From: Candidatus Firestoneibacteriota bacterium
Lineage (GTDB): Bacteria; Oederibacteriota; D2-FULL-39-29
Reading direction: 5' to 3'
DNA length: 64,000 nt
Assembly (NCBI GenBank): GCA_903891415.1
Contig: CAITEH010000012.1
Coordinates: forward strand, 1,136-65,135
In this document: positions 52,844 to 61,805 of the stretch, in pieces
Position numbering within the stretch: position 1 is the first letter of the stretch
Layout: each line of letters opens with the position of its first letter
The notes under the pieces: model-generated
The model's input: only the letters and a program-made list of their open reading frames with translations
What the model was told of the DNA's origin: nothing
Database searches by the model: none
Position numbers and translations under genes: made by a program

Positions 52844-54675
52844 TTCAGCTCGAGTACTTCTTTGTCCTTAATGCCGATAATGTGCAGGTCTTTCTTTAAA
52901 AAGGTACCGTCATAAGTTATATCCCCGGTAACCAGGCCTGCCGTGGAAATATTATTTACCGCGGTTTTCACGGCTTCCTTACTGCAGGCACCGCCGGCTA
53001 TGGCCTGCAAAAAAATACGGGCAGTGTCATAAGCAGCCGCGGAAAAATAATCCGGCACTTCAAAATAAACGCTCTTGTATGCCCTGACAAAATCAGCCGC
53101 ACCTGGAAGGTTGCTTGCCGCGTTAAACTCCGCGGTAAAATAAAGTTCCCCTTCGTTCTGCCTGACACTGGCAATGAATTTTTTATCATTCAACCTGCTA
53201 TTTCCCAGGTAGGGCACTTTGAGCTCAAAAAATACCAGGTGAGACAGTAAACTCTCCGCGTCATAGGCGCTTACCGGCAGGTAAACCGCTTCCAGCCCGT
53301 AGGTATTGGTAACAAGTTTATCAGAGGCCGTAAAATCAAAAAGAACTTCGGCGGAACTTTTTCTGTCCAGATCTTCCACGGTCACCCTGCAATTATAGCT
53401 TAAAGGATTTTTTTCGCTTACCGCTCCTGAAATAATTATCCCCGCGCCGAATTTTTTGGCCAGGCCCGCTTTATCAAAGCCTTTCTTTTTCACGAACTCT
53501 TTTACTTCCGCGAGCTTGGAAAGCCGGGTATCCTTGAACTTACCCAGGCCATAGCTTATTTTTTCGGAGATCAGCCGGCCAAAATCAAAATCATCAGCCA
53601 GGAGCTCGTTCTCCCGGCCGGTATTCGTGAAAGCCAGCAAAACTATATTATTGCGTTTCTTCTCGGTTGCTTCGGGCAGAAGGGCCCGGACCTGGAGAAC
53701 CAGCTTGTCTATGATACTTTCCAGGTTGGACTTATCAGCCGCTATGGTGTCCTTAATTACATGCGGGTCAATTCCGCCCAGGTTCACCATTTGCTCCTTA
53801 AAATCATAGGAACCTTCTTCGAAGGCCTCTTCCCGCACCACCTCTCCGCCAAGCTTGAGCATTTCTTCCTTAAAGGCCGCGGCGCAGGCGGTGCCATAAA
53901 CATTATTTTTCGGATAGATGACCGCCGTTTTTTTCTTTTTAAGGACGTTTACCGTGAATTCCGCGATATTGCGGCCTTCGTCCTCGGGAAACACGGCAGC
54001 GGCGTAAAAATACTGCGCGTCTTTAATTTTATTACTGCCGGAGGCGAGAGGCGAAATAGTCGGAACGGCGTAAATTCCGGCAAGTTTTGCCAGATTTACG
54101 GCGGAAGTTTTTGGCCCCGGCCCGATGATCCCGACCATTTTTTCATCTGAAGCCGCTTCTTTATAAAATTCCTCTATGGGTGTTTCGGGAGCGCCCCAGG
54201 GTGCCAGGTTCTTAAGCAGTTCTTTGCTTTCCGAGTCGTTATAGACAGTTGAAATATCTGTTTTATTTTCCTTATTGTAGAGCCTGACCGCCAGGTCTAT
54301 CCCTTTTTTTGCTTTTTTTCCATAATCGGCCAGCTCACCCGAAAGAGGCAAGACCACACCGAGTTTTAAGGAGACGCAGCTCGCGCCGGTACTGGTTTCT
54401 TTGACTGCCTGTACCGGGGGCAAAACTGTAGTTTCTGCCGTCACCGGTATACTCTCTTCTTTCGCCTGCCCGCTATTTACCGTAACGGTACTTCCCGAAA
54501 CACTTTCCGCCCCGGGTTGTCCGGTTTCGGCCCCGGCAGGAACGGGAGAAACGGAGATCACGCTGTCAATTTTTTTTTGCCAGTTCTTAAGCACAAGGGT
54601 TTTTTCCGAAGCGCAGGCTGCAAAGAGCGCCGCAAGCAGCAGGACTCCTGATATTTTCAACGGTGTGCTTTTCAT
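52840..54675 (-). CDS. Lipoprotein with type-1 periplasmic-binding (LIVBP/ANF-receptor-like) domain
   Basis: 611 aa with lipobox LLAALFAAC. LKLGVVLPLSGELADYGKKAKKGIDLAV is typical of the Leu/Ile/Val-binding protein fold. It has a long Ser/Thr/Pro linker and an internal insertion. Confidence 0.78.
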   Translation of the reverse strand: MKSTPLKISGVLLLAALFAACASEKTLVLKNWQKKIDSVISVSPVPAGAETGQPGAESVSGSTVTVNSGQAKEESIPVTAETTVLPPVQAVKETSTGASCVSLKLGVVLPLSGELADYGKKAKKGIDLAVRLYNKENKTDISTVYNDSESKELLKNLAPWGAPETPIEEFYKEAASDEKMVGIIGPGPKTSAVNLAKLAGIYAVPTISPLASGSNKIKDAQYFYAAAVFPEDEGRNIAEFTVNVLKKKKTAVIYPKNNVYGTACAAAFKEEMLKLGGEVVREEAFEEGSYDFKEQMVNLGGIDPHVIKDTIAADKSNLESIIDKLVLQVRALLPEATEKKRNNIVLLAFTNTGRENELLADDFDFGRLISEKISYGLGKFKDTRLSKLAEVKEFVKKKGFDKAGLAKKFGAGIIISGAVSEKNPLSYNCRVTVEDLDRKSSAEVLFDFTASDKLVTNTYGLEAVYLPVSAYDAESLLSHLVFFELKVPYLGNSRLNDKKFIASVRQNEGELYFTAEFNAASNLPGAADFVRAYKSVYFEVPDYFSAAAYDTARIFLQAIAGGACSKEAVKTAVNNISTAGLVTGDITYDGTFLKKDLHIIGIKDKEVLELK

Positions 54676-54803
54676 CAGGAATTTTCCGTATTATTTTTTT
54701 TTGTAGCTGCCTCATTTATGAGGCCAAAAACCGCTTGATAAATCAAGCAACTACGATCGGATCCAAAACATATTCCCTTTTTTGGTAATTTTTTTCTTTT
54801 CAT

Positions 54804-56996
54804 TTAAACCTGCCAGTTGATAGCTTCAAAATCTTTTGTAGGCATGACCACCGCTATATTTCCTATAGCCGGCCATTTTTCTATCTCATTCGTTTTTCTG
54901 AGCACGATCAAAGAGATAGACGCAGTTTCGCCTTCCTTGAGCTTGAGTTTTTCAAACGGCACAAGGATCTCCACGATCTTTAAAGCGGCTATTTTTATTC
55001 CTGTTTTGTCCGTAATTTTCCAGTCCTTTTTATCCTCTGTCTGCACGGAAAAAACACAGGCCGGCTCGGAACCGGCACCGGCCAGGTCAAAACCTATCTT
55101 ATAAAACGTTTTATTCAGGATCAAGAATTCAAAGTTAAAATCCCTGTGTTTTTCGGCGGAAAGAGGGCCGGTTAGGTCAATTCTGAGGTAAAGGTTTTCC
55201 CTGTCAAAACCAAAATAGAACGCCTTGATTATCGTCTCAGCCCGGTGAATGGCCGCGCCGGCTTTCATGACTTCAAAGATCCCCGCTTCGCTCCACTCGT
55301 AGAAATTGGATATTTTTCCGTCAATAACCGGTTGTATCAGCCCCCGGACACTGACTTGCGGCGCGACCGCTTTCGTGTCATTCAGGACCGGGGTTAAGAG
55401 ATAAGGCGGCACCGCCCTGCCCGCAAGCTCGTAAATATTTGCCAGGTGCTTCCGGAAAAGCCGGTCAAATTCCTCGTCCTGAACGGAAGAATGATCATCC
55501 CCGTACCACCAGCACCAGTCGCTGCCCTCCGCGATAAGCAATTCTTCCACGATCTTTTCATAGGCCGCGGGGTCTTGCGTTTTAACTGCCTGTTTCCAGG
55601 TATCCATATCCTGCTTTACCCGGTAAAGGTAATCCCAGGCTTTTACATCCTCTTCGTGGCCTATCCAGATATAAAAATCATGATTGATCCAGGATCCCGG
55701 AAAGAGTTTGGGGAGGGTATCTTTTGGCGGGAATTTTTTCAGGTATTCAGAAACCGTGACTGTTTTGATCCTCCGGTCGCAGGAGAGCTTCCGGTACAGG
55801 GTGGTGAAAAAATCCAGGCCGTTATTTTTATAATACTCCCAGGCATTCTCACCGTCAAGAATAACGCTGATCAGGGGATTCTCCGTCCTTGAGGCAGCGG
55901 CAATATCATATATTTTCGCGATAAAATCATCGGCTGCCGGCCCGGCGTCCCACCTGGAATAAATAAAACCTATGGCATCCGCGAGTTCTTTATTACGGAA
56001 GATCATATTCATCTCCGCCCCGTCTTTTTTGGCGATGTAAGGTTTGTACAGGTAATTGTTCTTATGGTCCCGGCTCCCGAGCGACTGCGTGAGGATCTCT
56101 TCGTCCGTGCCCATCCATTTTATCCCGTGCCGGGCGATCAGGGGAAGTATGTCCTCGCTGACACCCCCTTCCCCGGGCCACATGCCTTCCGGTTTCACTC
56201 CGAACTTCTTCTCATGGAATTCAACAGCCCGGCGCACCTGCTCTTCCGCGTCTTCCGGCGCCGAAAATTTAAAATTCATATTAAGTTTCGGGAGGGAAAC
56301 CCTGGCGATGGAACTGTCATAGATAAGCGGAAGTATCGGATGGTAGAACGGCGTTGTAGTGAGCTCTATCTGCCCTCTCTCCATGACCTCTTTATACTTG
56401 GGTATTATCCGGGCCATCAATTCCTTCTGCGCGGCCATTACGGCCTGTTTATCCGCCTCGGTGAATTTTCTTCCTTTTGTTTTAAGTGCTTGAATTTCAG
56501 GGCTTTTTGCCGCGGTCAGCGGATCTATCCAGGAAAGGTTGAACCAGACCTGCAGGTCAAGATAATCCTGCGTGTCAAATTTCCCCGCGAGTTCCGGAAG
56601 TTCTTTCTGGGAGATAAAATACCCCCGCCTGGCAAGAAGTTCGTGGTACCGGGGATACGGCTTGATCATATTATCCCAGTTCGACATGAAAAATTTCCAG
56701 AGAATGGCCGTCTTATCTTCCAGCTTGAGGTCGCACGCCTTTTTTTCCGTCAATTCCATAAGGTTATCAGAGGCATTATTAAAGACATAATCTTCTATCT
56801 GGGCAAGCAAAGAAGGGACCAAGTTAAAAGTCTGTTTGATAGCCGGGAAGCCGTCGAGTAATTCGGCCATATAATGATAATCTTTTATGCCATGCAGGCG
56901 TACCCAGGGCATTTCATATTTACCGGTTGCCAGGTCTTTATAGTAAGGCTGGTGCATGTGCCAGACGAAAGCTATGTAAATACTGTTATCGCCCAT
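54804..56996 (-). CDS. Glycoside hydrolase family 57 (alpha-glucan-active)
   Basis: 730 aa. The N-terminal IAFVWHMHQPYY plus GQIELTTTPFYHPILPL, WPGEGGVS and DGENAWEYY match the conserved GH57 regions. Confidence 0.9.
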   Translation of the reverse strand: MGDNSIYIAFVWHMHQPYYKDLATGKYEMPWVRLHGIKDYHYMAELLDGFPAIKQTFNLVPSLLAQIEDYVFNNASDNLMELTEKKACDLKLEDKTAILWKFFMSNWDNMIKPYPRYHELLARRGYFISQKELPELAGKFDTQDYLDLQVWFNLSWIDPLTAAKSPEIQALKTKGRKFTEADKQAVMAAQKELMARIIPKYKEVMERGQIELTTTPFYHPILPLIYDSSIARVSLPKLNMNFKFSAPEDAEEQVRRAVEFHEKKFGVKPEGMWPGEGGVSEDILPLIARHGIKWMGTDEEILTQSLGSRDHKNNYLYKPYIAKKDGAEMNMIFRNKELADAIGFIYSRWDAGPAADDFIAKIYDIAAASRTENPLISVILDGENAWEYYKNNGLDFFTTLYRKLSCDRRIKTVTVSEYLKKFPPKDTLPKLFPGSWINHDFYIWIGHEEDVKAWDYLYRVKQDMDTWKQAVKTQDPAAYEKIVEELLIAEGSDWCWWYGDDHSSVQDEEFDRLFRKHLANIYELAGRAVPPYLLTPVLNDTKAVAPQVSVRGLIQPVIDGKISNFYEWSEAGIFEVMKAGAAIHRAETIIKAFYFGFDRENLYLRIDLTGPLSAEKHRDFNFEFLILNKTFYKIGFDLAGAGSEPACVFSVQTEDKKDWKITDKTGIKIAALKIVEILVPFEKLKLKEGETASISLIVLRKTNEIEKWPAIGNIAVVMPTKDFEAINWQV

Positions 56997-57005
56997 TGCT
57001 CTGGA

Positions 57006-57671
57006 TTACCTGCCAAGGTTCTGTTTTGCGGTATCCACCCACTGTGAATTCGGGTAATTGTTCAGGAGTTCCTCATACCGCACCCGGGCTTCTTCGGTTT
57101 TTCCGGAAAGCCTCAGGCATCTTGCGGCGTTTATCAGCAGCTCATCGCGGCCGTAGTAATTCGGGAATTTTTTAAGCGCTTCTTCAAAGGCCGCCGCGGC
57201 TTTTGGCAGGTCTTTCTGCGCTTCATAAGCGTAACCCAGCGAAGAATAGACCAGGGGCTTCATCAGCTCGGGTAGATATTTTTTCCTGGCCGCCTCAAAA
57301 GCTTTTTCGGCTTCCGGATACTTGCCCAGCTTGTAGTAAGCTTCACCGAGATAGTACAGCGCCTGTCCGGAATATTTTGTATTGGGATAATCTTTATTTA
57401 TATCATTTAATAAAGGTATGACACCTTCGTAGTCCCCGTTCATATACTTATACTCGGCCGGCCCGAGTTTATTCTTAACGGTATTTTCCTTATTGACCTG
57501 GCAGTTACGGAACATAAAGAGCGCCACGACGGCAATTACCGCGTAGAACAGGATATCCAGCCATTTTTTGGTGTTGGCCGGGTTCTTAAAATATTCAACA
57601 ATTTTTGCCGTGAAGGATACGAGCTCATCCTCATGCATGGACTTTTTAAACTGTTCTTTTTCTTTTTTCAT
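57006..57671 (-). CDS. Membrane-anchored TPR protein (YfgM/YbgF-like)
   Basis: 221 aa with one TM helix (ILFYAVIAVVALFMF) followed by TPR repeats (GQALYYLGEAYYKLGKYPEAEKAFEAA). Confidence 0.72.
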   Translation of the reverse strand: MKKEKEQFKKSMHEDELVSFTAKIVEYFKNPANTKKWLDILFYAVIAVVALFMFRNCQVNKENTVKNKLGPAEYKYMNGDYEGVIPLLNDINKDYPNTKYSGQALYYLGEAYYKLGKYPEAEKAFEAARKKYLPELMKPLVYSSLGYAYEAQKDLPKAAAAFEEALKKFPNYYGRDELLINAARCLRLSGKTEEARVRYEELLNNYPNSQWVDTAKQNLGR

Positions 57672-58327
57672 TTAAGTTTCTCCTTGGCTATAAGTTCAGA
57701 ATTTTTTATCAGTTGTCTGGCTTGCGCGGGGGAAAGCCCGGCACCCTCCGCCACCCTGAGCCCCTGCAAAAGATCCACAAAATCCGCGGGGCGGTGGCTG
57801 TCGGTATTTAGCACCATTTTGACCCCGGCCTGAAGCGCAAGTTTTGCCACGTGGCCGTTAGTAAGAGAATGCCCGTGTTTTGTCGTTATTTCAATGTAGA
57901 TGCCGCGTTTTTTTGCCAGGGCCATCTCTTTTTTTGTAATGTACCCCGGATGCGCGAGGATATCTATATCGGAATTCAGTGCTTCAAAATTGGTTCCCGG
58001 CCTTACAGGTTCCGCGATAGTTTCTCCGTGCACGAGTATGAGCTTGGCCCCGAGCCGCCGGGCCTCTTTTGCCAGGACCGGGATATTTTTAGGCGCTACG
58101 TGTGTTAGCTCAACCCCCGGAATGGCTTTAATGGTGAGAAAATATTTATTGATATCCCTGCAGACCCTGACCGCGCCTTTGACAAGCTCCTCCAGATTTG
58201 AAGAATCGGCATGATCTGTGATCCCGACAAACGAATACCCAATAATTTCACAGCGCCTCGCAAGTTCTGAAGGCAAAAGCTCCCCGTCCGAATGGCTGGT
58301 GTGATTATGCAAGCTTATCATGTTCAT
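57668..58327 (-). CDS. PHP-domain metal-dependent phosphoesterase
   Basis: 219 aa. It shows the N-terminal SLHNHTSHSDG, then ITDHAD, VHGE and NTDSH (PHP His/Asp motifs). Confidence 0.85.
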   Translation of the reverse strand: MNMISLHNHTSHSDGELLPSELARRCEIIGYSFVGITDHADSSNLEELVKGAVRVCRDINKYFLTIKAIPGVELTHVAPKNIPVLAKEARRLGAKLILVHGETIAEPVRPGTNFEALNSDIDILAHPGYITKKEMALAKKRGIYIEITTKHGHSLTNGHVAKLALQAGVKMVLNTDSHRPADFVDLLQGLRVAEGAGLSPAQARQLIKNSELIAKEKLK

Positions 58328-58462
58328 AATTCACCTCGTGAATTATTTCACAGTTCTTAAAGTTTGTAATGTAAAATCTCGTATACTATTAAATTAATGC
58401 TCTTACTTTATAAACGTTACAAACCTTAAAAACGTTATGGACTCATTTTACCTTCGGTAAAA

Positions 58463-58481
58463 TGGCGGGCCCGGGCGGAAT
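58463..58481 (-). repeat. 19-nt copy of the 3' end (T-loop to CCA) of the adjacent tRNA-Arg
   Basis: TGGCGGGCCCGGGCGGAAT matches TGGTGGGCCCGGGCGGAAT at 58625-58643 at 18 of 19 positions. It is in the same orientation, 162 bp downstream in the tRNA direction. Confidence 0.8.
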
Positions 58482-58624
58482 AGCACTCTGCTCGCCTCGG
58501 CTCGCAAGTATTCCTAATATTAATAATTTACACTTTGGGAAGTCAAACCACCTGCGCATATCTTGCGCTGGCTGCTCCCTTTTACTATTCGTAATTAGCA
58601 ATTAGTTATTAGCTATTTTTCTTA

Positions 58625-58701
58625 TGGTGGGCCCGGGCGGAATCGAACCGCCAGCGCGCGGTTTAGGAAACCACTGCTATATCCAATTTAGCTACGGGCC
58701 C
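58625..58701 (-). tRNA. tRNA-Arg (anticodon CCT), CCA encoded
   Basis: The reverse complement folds by hand as acceptor GGGCCCG/CGGGCCC, D arm GCTA-AATTGGATA-TAGC, anticodon arm GTGGT-TTCCTAA-ACCGC (CCT), variable GCGCT, T arm GGCGG-TTCGATT-CCGCC, and A-CCA. Confidence 0.9.
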
Positions 58702-58728
58702 GACCTTATATAATAAGCACTTTTCTAT

Positions 58729-59814
58729 TTAGTCGTTTTTACTGTTACCGTTTGTGACTGCCAGTGTGACCGGTATCATGGCACTGCTCAACTTTTCTAT
58801 AGCCCTTGCCTTATGCGGCTGGCTCAAATGAGCATACCTCATTGTCGTGGCTATGTCTCGGTGCCCAAGTATTTCTCTTACAGTAGCCAGATCACAACCA
58901 CTCATTACCAGATAACTCGCTGCCGTATGTCTAAGATCGTGAGGATGCAAATCTTTAATCTTCGCCCGCTTGCACGCTGTTTTAAAGGGCCCTCGAATTG
59001 TCTTTATTTTTCCACCAGATTTATTAGGAAAAACATAGCAATCATCAATCTTTTCAATGCCTATCGTATCATTTTCAAGCATTATTTTCAATGTTGAATT
59101 CAAAGGTATTTGCCTGCCATAACCACTCTTCGAGTGCCTAATATAAATAAGGTTGTTCCTGAAGTCAATATCTCCCCATGTCAAATCCAAGGCTTCTGAC
59201 ACACGGGCTCCGGTAAATATCAGGAAGGTTATAATCCTTTTAAGACACTCAGAACTAGAATTAAACAAGCCCTGTATTTCAGCTTGGGTCATGAATCTCT
59301 TCCTTTCATTATTCTCTTTATAAAGGGCAATACCCTCAACCGGATTAACTCCGTTAAACTTCTTCCAAGCTATTGCTTTATTGTAAATTGCCTTTAAGCA
59401 AGCAATCTCTCTATTCAATGTAGCCGGTTTCATCTCCCTTTTATGATCGTTAATAAACTTCAGCTTCCTGTTAGTTCTGTAATCCTCTATATCTTCTGAG
59501 CTGATTTCATCAATGTTCTTATTCTTAAAAAACGCCTTTAAATGCTCAATAAGCTCGGAGTCTCGATGATGAGATCTTTTCGTAGCTAGGCTATGTTTCT
59601 TATAAAATAATTCCGCCATATCATTGAAAGAAATCTTGTTGTCTTCTTTCAAATCAAGCCATTTCTTTTGAATTACATCAAGTTTTCTTTTCTTAAGTAT
59701 GTTCTGAACGGCCCTCCTAGTTATGACATCCACAGCTCCTATAGACTCTCTTATTCTTTTCGTTCCCTTATAATAATCAATCCACCATTTTCCTTCTCTT
59801 TTGTAAACACTCAT
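58729..59814 (-). CDS. Tyrosine recombinase / phage-type integrase
   Basis: 361 aa with an N-terminal SAM-like domain. The catalytic region is GARVSEALDLTWGDI ... HPHDLRHTAASYLVMSG ... LGHRDIATTMRYAH (R..HxxR..Y). Confidence 0.92.
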   Translation of the reverse strand: MSVYKREGKWWIDYYKGTKRIRESIGAVDVITRRAVQNILKKRKLDVIQKKWLDLKEDNKISFNDMAELFYKKHSLATKRSHHRDSELIEHLKAFFKNKNIDEISSEDIEDYRTNRKLKFINDHKREMKPATLNREIACLKAIYNKAIAWKKFNGVNPVEGIALYKENNERKRFMTQAEIQGLFNSSSECLKRIITFLIFTGARVSEALDLTWGDIDFRNNLIYIRHSKSGYGRQIPLNSTLKIMLENDTIGIEKIDDCYVFPNKSGGKIKTIRGPFKTACKRAKIKDLHPHDLRHTAASYLVMSGCDLATVREILGHRDIATTMRYAHLSQPHKARAIEKLSSAMIPVTLAVTNGNSKND

Positions 59815-59845
59815 AAGTCCTCCTTAATATTTCTTTTCATTTCCT

Positions 59846-60034
59846 TTAAATTTCAGGTATATGCTGTTTAGATTGCAGCCACTTTTCCAACATCGGAATA
59901 GAAAAGCGAACATGCCCGCCAATTTTGAAATATGGTATCTTCCCGGAGGAGACATAATTATAAAGAGTCCCCACAGGAATACTTAACAACTCTGATACTT
60001 CTTTTATTGTTAAATACTTTTTTAAGCTTTCCAT
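59846..60034 (-). CDS. Excisionase-family / MerR-like HTH DNA-binding protein
   Basis: 62 aa. LTIKEVSELLSIPVGTLYNYVSSGKIPYFKIGGHVRFSIPMLEKWL is the helix_turn_helix_17/excisionase pattern. Confidence 0.8.
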   Translation of the reverse strand: MESLKKYLTIKEVSELLSIPVGTLYNYVSSGKIPYFKIGGHVRFSIPMLEKWLQSKQHIPEI

Positions 60035-60171
60035 GGTCTATTGGTTCCTCTAAATACAATCAAACCTAATAATTCCCTTAACAAAAAAGGGAAACACCGC
60101 TAAATGCAACTTAGCAGCGCTTCCCTTCCAGCGCTTTTAATCCAGGTCCGGCCAAGACCTAATAAAATTAC

Positions 60172-61155
60172 TTAAACTTTTGCCGTCTTTCTAACTGGGC
60201 AAATTTCAGAATTGCAATATTCTTTCATATAATCAGAATTACATCCCAAACCCTTGTATCCAGCCTTATACGCCGACTCTACTTTTTTAATGATTGCAGT
60301 ATTATCCAAAGGCGGTTTGTTCTTTTTATTCCAGCTTTCAATAATTGACTGTGTGATGTCAACCGGTAATCCACATTTCTTAAAATACACGGCAATCCTA
60401 AAGCAGATGTTATCGCGGTTTCCTTCAGATACACCCGTTTCAAGAATTCGTTTCATACATGGCAGGCCATTGCTATCATCTCCGTTAGCAGTTCCACTCT
60501 GGAAATCAAGATCTTGCTCTAATAAATAGCAATATTCTTTCAAAATATCATCCACCTGATCTTTGTCTATCTTTTGAATACCAGAGAGATATTCCTTCCA
60601 ATTTTCTACATCCAAAAACTTTTGATCGATAAAATATGATCTTTTACCAGACACCTTATGAACGCCTAATGGCAATTTCATCAGACTCCCAACCCCGTTT
60701 CCCGCAATTCTGTTTTGTTTAGGAAATATTTCAATATCCCTTTCAAACTCACTCAAAGCGACAATAATCTTCCCTATATTTCGGGCTTTAACGGCCTCGA
60801 TTGGCTCAGCATAAAACATCCAAACGTGATATCCCTTATTGCCTGAAAATTCAAATATTGCCTGCTGTTCACTCAATCCTATTTTAGATATTGCATCTTT
60901 TACTTTTTGCATAAATGAGATATCTTTAACGTCAATATCTATTACTGTGTTCCAAGATCTATTATCCCGTGGATTGATAAGATATATGCCATAGCTCTTC
61001 TTTCCATTTAAATGGTCACATAAATCCGTATCCATCATCTCCCTTTTAACCGGGTAATACGAGCCTTTACAACTTTGTTCCGCAAAAACATCCGTTCTTC
61101 CCTTAAAATAACTTTTATAAATACCAATTTCATTGTTAATAGTCATATGAATCAC
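60172..61155 (-). CDS. Archaeo-eukaryotic-primase (AEP) superfamily primase-polymerase with PriCT-like C-terminal domain
   Basis: 327 aa. It has YFKGRTDVFAEQ, the DxD motif VIDIDVKD, and SGNKGYHVWMFY (AEP motif II). The C-terminal GNRDNICFRIAVYFKKCGLP..ESWNKKN is PriCT-like, and it ends in a Cys-rich tail. Confidence 0.75.
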   Translation of the reverse strand: MIHMTINNEIGIYKSYFKGRTDVFAEQSCKGSYYPVKREMMDTDLCDHLNGKKSYGIYLINPRDNRSWNTVIDIDVKDISFMQKVKDAISKIGLSEQQAIFEFSGNKGYHVWMFYAEPIEAVKARNIGKIIVALSEFERDIEIFPKQNRIAGNGVGSLMKLPLGVHKVSGKRSYFIDQKFLDVENWKEYLSGIQKIDKDQVDDILKEYCYLLEQDLDFQSGTANGDDSNGLPCMKRILETGVSEGNRDNICFRIAVYFKKCGLPVDITQSIIESWNKKNKPPLDNTAIIKKVESAYKAGYKGLGCNSDYMKEYCNSEICPVRKTAKV

Positions 61156-61337
61156 CTCGCTCTTTTTTTATAAAAATAATACGACAACATAATTGAAATC
61201 AAAAATAGCAGTGGAAATCTGAAGAAAATGCTCAAAATAATTATTATGACAGTAAGGTATAGTGCAAACGATATTAGCAAACACAATATTTTTTCTATAT
61301 TATTAAGATTAATTATCATCCGGCCTCCTTCCTGCAT
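61152..61337 (-). CDS. Small two-TM membrane protein (hypothetical)
   Basis: 61 aa with two hydrophobic helices. It overlaps both neighbours (ATGA with the primase start). Support is only from coupling and hydrophobicity. Confidence 0.4.
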   Translation of the reverse strand: MQEGGRMIINLNNIEKILCLLISFALYLTVIIIILSIFFRFPLLFLISIMLSYYFYKKRAR

Positions 61338-61774
61338 TCCTCAAAGAATTTGACTATTTCAGGCTTAAAAATAAATTCGCTTATTGCATATCCGCTATTT
61401 CTCCTTAATACTGATAAGAACCTACTTTTTGCCTTTGAATAATCTCTCAATAAGAAAGAAGCGGCACCGCAGTAAATACATGCTTCTTCAAAATCGTTAC
61501 TTGACACCAAATTGTTAAGTACATAATCCAGTTTACTGATACAAAGTCGATAATCTCCTTCATAGTATGCATTTGTACCCTCACTTAAATATTGATTAGA
61601 CAAGTCATTGGTTATTACTGTCTCCTGTTTTGTTGTTTGATCACTTGTTGTATTACTGCTGCTATAACTGGAAGTATAAGAATATGTATATGGGTCATTT
61701 TTTCTTCCTGGTTTAAAAGTTGAACACCCGAAAATCATTATTAATAAGACAACAACTATTAATATTTTATGCAT
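61316..61774 (-). CDS. Lipoprotein with TPR-like helical domain
   Basis: 152 aa with lipobox LLIMIFGCS, a Ser/Thr/Tyr-rich linker, then EGTNAYYEGDYRLCISKLDYVL...YSKAKSRFLSVL (TPR-like). Confidence 0.6.
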   Translation of the reverse strand: MHKILIVVVLLIMIFGCSTFKPGRKNDPYTYSYTSSYSSSNTTSDQTTKQETVITNDLSNQYLSEGTNAYYEGDYRLCISKLDYVLNNLVSSNDFEEACIYCGAASFLLRDYSKAKSRFLSVLRRNSGYAISEFIFKPEIVKFFEECRKEAG

Positions 61775-61805
61775 ATCTCCTTCTCAATTGCGACTAACTC
61801 GCAAT

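Noticed and set aside
52436-52915. 159-aa + strand ORF opposite the VanZ gene
   Set aside because: The minus-strand product has the VanZ helix pattern and motifs and is translationally coupled (ATGA) to the upstream lipoprotein gene. The + ORF has no support.
58625-58701. tRNA-Arg as the attB of the integrase island to its right
   Set aside because: The island abuts the 5' end of the tRNA, whereas tRNA-targeting integrases duplicate the 3' end, and the only 3'-end repeat lies on the other side (58463-58481). The association is therefore reported as ambiguous rather than asserted.
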